Shown piece by piece: positions 24,460 through 32,000 of a DNA stretch of 32,000 nucleotides (position 1 is the stretch's first letter; each line of letters starts with the position of its first letter). Where the stretch lies: NCBI RefSeq assembly GCF_000195855.1, contig NC_002677.1, positions 1,620,001-1,652,000 of the forward strand, read 5' to 3'. Made by a program: the position numbers and the translations under genes. The stretch comes from Mycobacterium leprae TN (GTDB lineage: Bacteria; Actinomycetota; Actinomycetes; Mycobacteriales; Mycobacteriaceae). The notes below the pieces were generated by a model that worked only from the letters and a program-made list of their open reading frames with translations, did no database searches and was not told the origin of the DNA.

Positions 24460-25042
24460 TGCCAAGCGATAACCTAAAAATCTGAAATGCTTATTTCACT
24501 GTCGATTACTCGATGAATATTCGTCTTCAGCATCTATATCAACATGATTACAATCATATAATAATGTGGTCGCTGCTTTGGAACAATGAAGACGATGCAC
24601 AAATCATGGCACAGTATGCAAGAGCCGACTGTGATCGTGAACTGTGCTTTTTCGCAACCTGATTGATCTCTGTTTGGGTAGTTGGCGCCGGCCATTATCA
24701 CTGTCGCGCAGGCCTCAAGATCCATGTCGATCTGCAAATGCTCGAAAGATCGTCACAGCGCAACCGTTATTCTGTGGGCCGCAGCTGGCGTGGAACGGTG
24801 GGTGACCGCAGTTGATGCTGTTGCCCTAGCGATATCCCGGATCGACGGGGTTTGTTCATCGCCGAGTCAGGTAGACAGCCGCCTGATTTTGGGCACGGAG
24901 CGCGCGGCTCAGTGGATTTGTGCACTTACATGAGACGGTAAACACCTTCCAATTCTGGCTACGCTTGGCCGGCGGGCGCCCGACGTACTAAGGGCACAGT
25001 CGAGGCCAGATTGTCTGTGACGCGAGCAGATCAACGGTTGTT

Positions 25043-25633
25043 TTGGCAGGTGACGTACGGTGTTTTCCTATGCAAAATTACGACTATCTCACCTACGAAG
25101 AGTTCGGTCGCAAATTCTTCGAGGTCGCCGTCACACCGGCCCGGGTCGCCGCTGCATTCGCCGACATTGCGGGCAACGAGTTCTCAATGGAGCCGATTGG
25201 TCAGGGTCCTGGCAAGATCGCCAAGGTCAGCGCCAAGGTCAAGCTCAGAGAGCCTCGGGTCACGCGGCACCTAGGCGACAACATCACGTTTGTCATTCGT
25301 ATTCCGCTTTCGATCGATCTACTCGTCGACCTTCGGCTCGATAAGCAGCGTTTTACCGTCGCCGGCGACATCGCGTTGCGAGCAACTGCACGTGCCGCCA
25401 AGCCGCTGCTCCTCATGGTCAACGTTGAGAAACCGTTGCCGTCCGATATCACTGTCAACGTGTCGTCTAAGTCCATCCGTGGCGAAGTGTTACGCATGCT
25501 TGCGGGCATTGACGATGAGATCCGGCGATTCGTCGCACAGTACGTCACTGCCGAAATCGACTCCCCTCAATCTCAAGCCGCACAAGTTATCGATGTAACC
25601 CACCAGTTAGAAGCCACCTGGGCCGACCCCTAG
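25043..25633 (+). CDS. Conserved-looking hypothetical protein, intact (probable start ATG at 25070, MQNYDYLTYEEFGRKFFEV)
   Basis: 196 aa uninterrupted ORF with balanced composition and actinobacterial-type codon usage, flanked on both sides by broken sequence. Confidence 0.7.
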   Translation: MAGDVRCFPMQNYDYLTYEEFGRKFFEVAVTPARVAAAFADIAGNEFSMEPIGQGPGKIAKVSAKVKLREPRVTRHLGDNITFVIRIPLSIDLLVDLRLDKQRFTVAGDIALRATARAAKPLLLMVNVEKPLPSDITVNVSSKSIRGEVLRMLAGIDDEIRRFVAQYVTAEIDSPQSQAAQVIDVTHQLEATWADP

Positions 25634-27250
25634 GAGCCAAGTGTACGGAAACACCTACTAAACTCTACTACACTAGTAGAAAAGAGCAGTTTAGCATAGA
25701 CACTCGTTGGTCCGCTAGAAGCCTGACATAGCACGAAATACTAGTGGTTTTTGTTTTAGTCACCGTAACCGCTACCGATATCGGAATAGTCGACGACGAG
25801 CTCGGTCCCTTTGATCCACTTCATTAGTTTGAGTTTGAAGCCGTACCACAATTCATCACGCAGGCGCAGCAGCTTGCCGTACAACTAGGGCGAGATGCTG
25901 GTCGTTTATGCTGTAGGTTGGCATCGTCATATAATGGCCCATCTGACCCGATGTGGTGCGTGTTGTAGTAAATGCCCCCGATCGCTCCAATGCCCATCGA
26001 ATAGAACACTACACAATTCTCCTAGGGTAGCGGTTTGATAATTTCCGTTATTATATTAACTGCACATCAAACTATTTAGCGATGGCAGAACGAGATTGGA
26101 TTCAAAAGTGCTGGCTGATCTGATCAGCGGTAAGGCAGCTTCTTCAAGGTGTCGAACGAGAACTCCGTAGAGTGTTCGACGAGAACGTAGACCTTCAGCT
26201 GCTAATCACGAAAGTCTTTTTCTCCAAATCCTTGCACTCGACGGTCTCCGCTAGGAGTCTATTGCGGCAGTGGTTGCGGTGAAATGTCTTTTTAGTGAAG
26301 GAACCAGGCTTCGGGTTGTCCTGTTCCAGTGGCTGCTGGAACAGGACAACTAGTACATATCCGACCCGCTGCACTACACGGGGATGGCCAATGGTCAACA
26401 GGATAGCACAAACCCAGGTGATCGCCTTCACTGCCCTCGCCGTAGCGAAAATTCAGAAACCCATCTAGCTGTTGTCGTCGCGGGCTGCGAACATATGGCT
26501 GAGGTTTTCAGCTGGTGGATCAGGCATCGCCTACTCGGCGGTGAAGGTTAAAATTTTTGCTGCAGAATCGAATTAATGGTTATCGGCATTGTCGGTGTAC
26601 CGTTTCACCAAATCACTGAGGACCGCTCGGTCGAATATGTGAAAGTCTTTACTGATCGCGCAAGTTCCGCAGAGACTAACGACAACCGCTGCGTGCAGAA
26701 CGACAGAGTGTCTTTAGCATTTTAGATATCGGTGGTCGGCGGCATTGCCAACACGATTCGGCCGGCGCCCTGATCAATCAGGGTGCCGGCGCGCTCACTC
26801 AGCATCGATCGTGGTGCTCTTGTGTCTCAGCGACACTTCAAGCTGTGCCGGATCGCTGCTTGCAAACCGATGCCACCTGGTGTATCCACCGGATCAGTGA
26901 CACGAGTTGCGGAGCGGTGACGTCGAGCAGTTGGCAGCCGTTGCCCAACCGTCAGGCTCGACGCACGGTCGCCTGGGGTGTGTACACCGATATGAACCAA
27001 AAGATATTCGCCAGCAATTGGTTTCAGGTAGCACATGGTATCCTCGAAGCTGAAGAATTCGCCATGTTATGATCCCTTTTGGGGGCTGGTGGGCCCTACA
27101 CTGTCCGCAAAACAACCAAATGTTTGCCAGCCCCTAGATTATCCAACTCTAGCGTCACAGATCTTGAGCTCTTTCTTAATTCAGCCCATGCCCATGAACA
27201 ACTTTGGAGTCTAGCATAGCTAGAGTCTGCTGCCTGAGAGCGCATCAACC

Positions 27251-27511
27251 GTGGCGGCACGGTTAGCGAGTATGACGGTAGGGTGGTTGGGTAGTGCCAA
27301 CCCTAAAGCGGCCACCCTCGGGATCGCGATGCTGCCGCAGTTCCTACCGGGCAGCGAGGCGGCACTTACGACGCTTTTCGTGCTGCCGACCATTCAGTGC
27401 GTGATCGACATCGTGTGGTGTTTGGGGTCTAGGATAGACTCGATCGTTCTTACCCGAGCTGACTATGATTTCATCTGCCAGGCGCGAAGTGCGATTCTAG
27501 GCGGTGACTGA
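27251..27511 (+). pseudogene. LysE/RhtB-family translocator fragment, largely inside the repeated segment
   Basis: MTVGWLGSANPKAATLGIAMLPQFLPGSEAALTTLFVLPTIQCVIDIVWC resembles the 'NPKAALFFLAFLPQFV' motif of LysE/RhtB exporters. Only a partial domain. Confidence 0.5.
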
Positions 27512-28218
27512 AATCATTGCTCAGTGAGCCGTCTTGGCCATGGGGGCGTGAAGTATCGCGTTGACAGCCGTCCGCTGCTATCGGGTAAAGCCGCGCCCGG
27601 CCAGTAACCAGTAACTTGTCCGTTTAGACTTCAAGGTGTCGTCGTGATGGTCATTTGGTGGTTATTTTTTGCTGGTTTGGTTTGGGTGGTGTTGTGGTGG
27701 GCTGGTGGGGTGTGGGTGGTTGATCTGCGCTAGAAGGTTGCCGTATGTGCCGCCGACGGCCGGATCATCGATGCACTGTTCACTAACACGATACTGCTGC
27801 ACCCGGCGGCATGCCTGCTTGCTGGCTGAGGGCCGGTCAACAAGCCGCCGACACCGATACCAGCGGCAGAAATGGTGCAAGGGATAACATCAGGTGCGAA
27901 TAGTTATACCGTGCACGGGGACGTGCCTGTTCAGGTGCGGCCACATTGACCACGCCGACACCTCAAGGCCATGACATGCACACTAAAACGCCCCTACCCC
28001 GCGGCGCTAACAACTATCCTCACACTCACGCCTGCATCGATATCGCCTTCAGCACAGCCCAGGTGCCCAGCCCCTGGCATCATCAACATGTAGACCAAGC
28101 AGCACCCACCACCGACATGCTTACGTGCGCCGCGCTAATCGTGTCCACTGCGGCAAAGCACACGAAGCCTCATCGAAAGCAGGCAGTCAGCCACCCACCA
28201 ACAAAAACCCCGCAACAC
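27332..28218 (-). repeat. RLEP repeat, left copy plus extended homology (outer boundary undetermined; may extend left of 27332)
   Basis: Contains CACCGATACCAGCGGCAGAA and CAGAAATGGTGCAAGGGA (recalled RLEP diagnostic primer sites). Reverse-complement match to 31114-32000 with no indel across sampled blocks. Confidence 0.93.
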
Positions 28219-28219
28219 C

Positions 28220-30955
28220 TTAATGCGCAGCAGCACCCCACGAGCGGCCAAAGCCAACACTTACTTCCAGCGGCACGTCCAAGGGGTAGGCACTGCCCAT
28301 CTGCTCGCGCACCATGGCCTCGATCTGCTCGCGCTCACCGATCGCGACTTCGAACAGCAATTCATCGTGTACCTGTAGCAGCATTCGCGACGCCAGCTTC
28401 GCCTGTTTGAGCGACTTGTCAACCGCGATCATTGCCACCTTAATGATGTCGGCCGCACTGCCCTGGATCGGCGCGTTGAGCGCTGCCCGCTCTGCCGCCT
28501 CCCGTATCTGGCGATTACTGCTGTCTAGCTCGGGCAGGTAACGTCGACGGCCTAACACCGTCGAGGTGTATCCATCCTTGCGTGCCTGCTCGACGACATC
28601 CATCAGGTAGTCGCGCACCCCGCCGAATCGAGCGAAGTATTGCTCCATCTGCAGCTTCGCCTCCTCAGTGGAAATTTTCAGCTGCGTAGCTAACCCGTAT
28701 GCGCTTAGCCCGTAGGCCAGCCCGTAGGACATCGCCTTGACCCGGCGCCGCAATTCGGGGGTGATATCCTCGATAGGTATACCGAATGCCCGCGAGGCCA
28801 CAAACGAGTGCAGGTCTTCCCCAGTGTGGAAGGCCTCGATGAGCCCCTCATCCCGGGATAGGTGTGCCATGATCCGCATCTCGATTTGGCTGTAATCGGC
28901 GGTCATCAGTTCGGTGTAGCCGTTATTTTCCGAACCAACGACGAAAGCGTCCCGGATCTGCCGGCCGGCATTGGTGCGGATTGGAATGTTCTGCAGGTTG
29001 GGTTCTGTCGAGGACAGTCGACCGGTCGTCGCAATCGTCTGGTTGAATGTGGTATGAATCCGGCCATCTGCGGCGACCGCGTTCAGCAACCCGTCGACGG
29101 TGACTTTGAGTCGGGTGACGTCCCGGTGAGTGAGCAGATGCTGCAGAAATGGGTGCTCCGTTTTGCAGAACAGGGACTGCAAAGCATCGGCGTCAGTAGT
29201 GTAGCCGGTCTTGGTCCTTTTGGTCTTCGGCATGCCTAGTTCTTCGAACAACACGACCTGCAGTTGCTTGGGTGAGCTCAGATTGATCTGCTTGCCGATT
29301 ACGGCGTAGGCGGCCTCAGCGGCGTCTCGGATCTGATCGCCGAATTGGCTCTGCAACTCGGTGAGCAACCGCAAATCGGCCGCAATACCCGCTTTCTCCA
29401 TGTCAGCCAGCACCTGTTGGACCGGCAGCTCCATCTCACCTAGTAGTGAGGTAGAATCGATGAGATCCAGCTCAGCGTCCAACGCAGCGGCGAGGTCTAC
29501 CACCGCCCGGGCCCGCAGTATCAGAGTCTGGATGGCTTGCTTGTCCACTTCGTCGACGTTGTCAAGCAACGAAAACTGTTCCTGCTCAGGTGTTTCTGCT
29601 CGCAGCTCGCGACGCAGGTAACGGAGTGAGAGATCGTCAAGAGTGAAGCTGCGTTGCCCCGGCCTCACCAAGTAGGCCGCCAACGCGGTATCGGACGTGA
29701 TGCCGCCTAGCGTCCAACCGCGACCAGCGAGATCATGCATGGCCAGCTTCGCCTCATGCAGCGCTTTGGGGTTGTCGGGATCGGCCAACCAAGCCGCCAG
29801 CGCGTCGTCGTCGTCGGGAGTCAACATCGCGGTGTCGATGTAGCCGCCGTTACCGTCGGCGGCGGCTACAGCTAGCGCAGTGGCGTCTCCGCCGTGCGGC
29901 AGATGTGTACCGACGATCGCTAGCCCAGACCTGCGTCCGTCATCGGCGTGCTTAGCCAGCCACCGCCCGACCGTGCCGGACTCCAGCAAACCGCCGCGGA
30001 CGTCAAACCCCTCGTCGACTTCGGGTACACGCTCTCCAGCGGCGGCCAAAGCCTCAAACAACCGGTCACGTAACACCCGGAACTCTAGGTTGTCGAAGAG
30101 CCGGTGAATTCGGTCGCGATCCCACGGCTGCAGCCGCAGCGTGTCCGAGGTTTGCACCAACGGCACATCTTTGACAAGCTCTGTGAGCTCTCGGTTGCGC
30201 ACCACGCTGGCTAGATGCGTCCGCAACGCTTCGCCCACCTTGCCGCGGACCGACTCGACATTGTCGACCAGCCCTTGTAGCGAACCGTAATCGACGATCC
30301 ACTTGGCGGCGGTCTTTTCCCCCACGCCGGGAATACCGGGCAGATTGTCGCTGGGATCGCCACGTAGCGCCGCTAAGTCGGGGTACTGCGCCGGCGTCAC
30401 CCCGTACTTCTCGATAACAGCCTCTGGTGTGAAGCGGGTGAGTTCGCTAACGCCTTTACGAGGATAGAGCACCGTCACGTCGTTGCTGACCAGCTGAAGT
30501 GCGTCGCGGTCACCGGTGACCACCAGCACACGGTAACCCTCGTTTTCGGCTTGAGTAGCCAACGTCGCGATGAGGTCGTCAGCCTCGAATCCAGCCTCAG
30601 CGAACACCGTGATACCCAGCGCACCTAAGACTTCCTTAGTGATGTCGATCTGGCCGTGGAACTCAGCGGGGATTGATGACCGATTAGCCTTGTATCCCGC
30701 ATAGCACTCGGAGCGAAACGTTTTCCGCGATACATCGAACGCCGCAGCGATATGCGTTGGAGCCTCCTCACGCAGCAAGTTGATCAGCATGGCGGTGAAG
30801 CCGTACACCGCGTTGGTGGTGAGGCCACCGCGGGTCTTGAAATTCTCTGTTGGCAGTGCGTAAAATGCGCGAAATGCCAGCGAATTGCCGTCCAGCAGCA
30901 TCAGCATTGGCTTGGTGTGGTCTTCGCAGACTTCAGCGGTCATTGCTGCACTCAC
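28220..30955 (-). CDS. polA: DNA polymerase I (911 aa)
   Basis: LMLLDGNSLAFRAFYALP..FKTRGGLTTNAVYGFTAML (5' nuclease); TADYSQIEMRIMAHLSRDEGL; RRRVKAMSYGLAYGLSAYGL (O-helix region); MLLQVHDELLFE; VGFGRSWGAAAH* C-terminus. Confidence 0.97.
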   Translation of the reverse strand: MSAAMTAEVCEDHTKPMLMLLDGNSLAFRAFYALPTENFKTRGGLTTNAVYGFTAMLINLLREEAPTHIAAAFDVSRKTFRSECYAGYKANRSSIPAEFHGQIDITKEVLGALGITVFAEAGFEADDLIATLATQAENEGYRVLVVTGDRDALQLVSNDVTVLYPRKGVSELTRFTPEAVIEKYGVTPAQYPDLAALRGDPSDNLPGIPGVGEKTAAKWIVDYGSLQGLVDNVESVRGKVGEALRTHLASVVRNRELTELVKDVPLVQTSDTLRLQPWDRDRIHRLFDNLEFRVLRDRLFEALAAAGERVPEVDEGFDVRGGLLESGTVGRWLAKHADDGRRSGLAIVGTHLPHGGDATALAVAAADGNGGYIDTAMLTPDDDDALAAWLADPDNPKALHEAKLAMHDLAGRGWTLGGITSDTALAAYLVRPGQRSFTLDDLSLRYLRRELRAETPEQEQFSLLDNVDEVDKQAIQTLILRARAVVDLAAALDAELDLIDSTSLLGEMELPVQQVLADMEKAGIAADLRLLTELQSQFGDQIRDAAEAAYAVIGKQINLSSPKQLQVVLFEELGMPKTKRTKTGYTTDADALQSLFCKTEHPFLQHLLTHRDVTRLKVTVDGLLNAVAADGRIHTTFNQTIATTGRLSSTEPNLQNIPIRTNAGRQIRDAFVVGSENNGYTELMTADYSQIEMRIMAHLSRDEGLIEAFHTGEDLHSFVASRAFGIPIEDITPELRRRVKAMSYGLAYGLSAYGLATQLKISTEEAKLQMEQYFARFGGVRDYLMDVVEQARKDGYTSTVLGRRRYLPELDSSNRQIREAAERAALNAPIQGSAADIIKVAMIAVDKSLKQAKLASRMLLQVHDELLFEVAIGEREQIEAMVREQMGSAYPLDVPLEVSVGFGRSWGAAAH

Positions 30956-31113
30956 GGCTCATACTCTAGGGTCTCGTGTTTGTGTCTGTGGCGGTGAGTT
31001 GTTCGGTTGGTTTCATAGGTGGTGGGTGAAATGGCTGTTTTTGCGTTTTATGACTGGCCGATATGTTCGGTAGTCGTGGGGGGCAGCCCGGAATCCTGTT
31101 GACGTGTTTTGCT

Positions 31114-32000
31114 GTGTTGCGGGGTTTTTGTTGGTGGGTGGCTGACTGCCTGCTTTCGATGAGGCTTCGTGTGCTTTGCCGCAGTGGACACGATTAGCGC
31201 GGCGCACGTAAGCATGTCGGTGGTGGGTGCTGCTTGGTCTACATGTTGATGATGCCAGGGGCTGGGCACCTGGGCTGTGCTGAAGGCGATATCGATGCAG
31301 GCGTGAGTGTGAGGATAGTTGTTAGCGCCGCGGGGTAGGGGCGTTTTAGTGTGCATGTCATGGCCTTGAGGTGTCGGCGTGGTCAATGTGGCCGCACCTG
31401 AACAGGCACGTCCCCGTGCACGGTATAACTATTCGCACCTGATGTTATCCCTTGCACCATTTCTGCCGCTGGTATCGGTGTCGGCGGCTTGTTGACCGGC
31501 CCTCAGCCAGCAAGCAGGCATGCCGCCGGGTGCAGCAGTATCGTGTTAGTGAACAGTGCATCGATGATCCGGCCGTCGGCGGCACATACGGCAACCTTCT
31601 AGCGCAGATCAACCACCCACACCCCACCAGCCCACCACAACACCACCCAAACCAAACCAGCAAAAAATAACCACCAAATGACCATCACGACGACACCTTG
31701 AAGTCTAAACGGACAAGTTACTGGTTACTGGCCGGGCGCGGCTTTACCCGATAGCAGCGGACGGCTGTCAACGCGATACTTCACGCCCCCATGGCCAAGA
31801 CGGCTCACTGAGCAATGATTTCAGTCACCGCCTAGAATCGCACTTCGCGCCTGGCAGATGAAATCATAGTCAGCTCGGGTAAGAACGATCGAGTCTATCC
31901 TAGACCCCAAACACCACACGATGTCGATCACGCACTGAATGGTCGGCAGCACGAAAAGCGTCGTAAGTGCCGCCTCGCTGCCCGGTAGGAACTGCGGCAG
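31114..32000 (+). repeat. RLEP repeat, right copy (runs off the window end)
   Basis: TGCATGTCATGGCCTTGAGG at 31352-31371 and the reverse complement of CACCGATACCAGCGGCAGAA at 31461-31480 give a predicted 129-bp interval, as expected for the classical RLEP PCR. Inverted relative to the left copy. Confidence 0.94.

Noticed and set aside
27662-27880. Identical 72-aa ORFs on both strands at 27662-27887 and 31445-31670.
   Set aside because: They are the same RLEP segment read in both orientations; strand-symmetric openness argues against a real protein.
27946-28410. 154-aa plus-strand ORF starting in the left RLEP arm and running into polA antisense; its start matches minus-strand ORF 31386-31048.
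   Set aside because: Low-complexity His/Pro/Thr-rich translation of repeat DNA, truncated differently at each copy; no coding signature. Explained by the inverted RLEP copies.

Overview
The window matches the Mycobacterium leprae genome in gene content and in its heavy pseudogene load. That assignment is an inference from recalled gene order and repeat sequence; no database search was run. Positions 1-13.26 kb form a dense plus-strand block: recN (5'-truncated), steA-like, mctB-like, pyrG, a disrupted Nudix gene, xerD, parA-like, scpA, scpB, rluB-like, cmk and der/engA. Positions 13.3-27.3 kb are almost entirely eroded DNA. Readable relics there are REP13E12/HNH, cyclase, IclR, IS701-like transposase, CaiB/BaiF, aminoglycoside phosphotransferase-like, alanine-racemase-domain, M28 peptidase and FAD-linked lactone oxidase. 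Within this tract I can support one tRNA-Pro(GGG) and one intact ~190 aa conserved-looking ORF. Positions 27.33-32.0 kb hold an intact polA (minus strand) framed by two long inverted copies of the RLEP repeat. The copies are complementary wherever compared (at least 887 bp each, coordinate sum 59332), and the left one ends 1 nt from the polA stop codon. The most notable items are the inverted RLEP-polA-RLEP arrangement, the LysE-like fragment carried in the repeated segment, the frameshifted Nudix gene overlapping pyrG, the 18-bp palindrome just upstream of tRNA-Pro, the lone intact ORF at 25.0-25.6 kb, and a 19-bp tandem duplication in the M28 peptidase relic. I see no CRISPR array, prophage, toxin-antitoxin, defence island or clearly novel multi-gene system.
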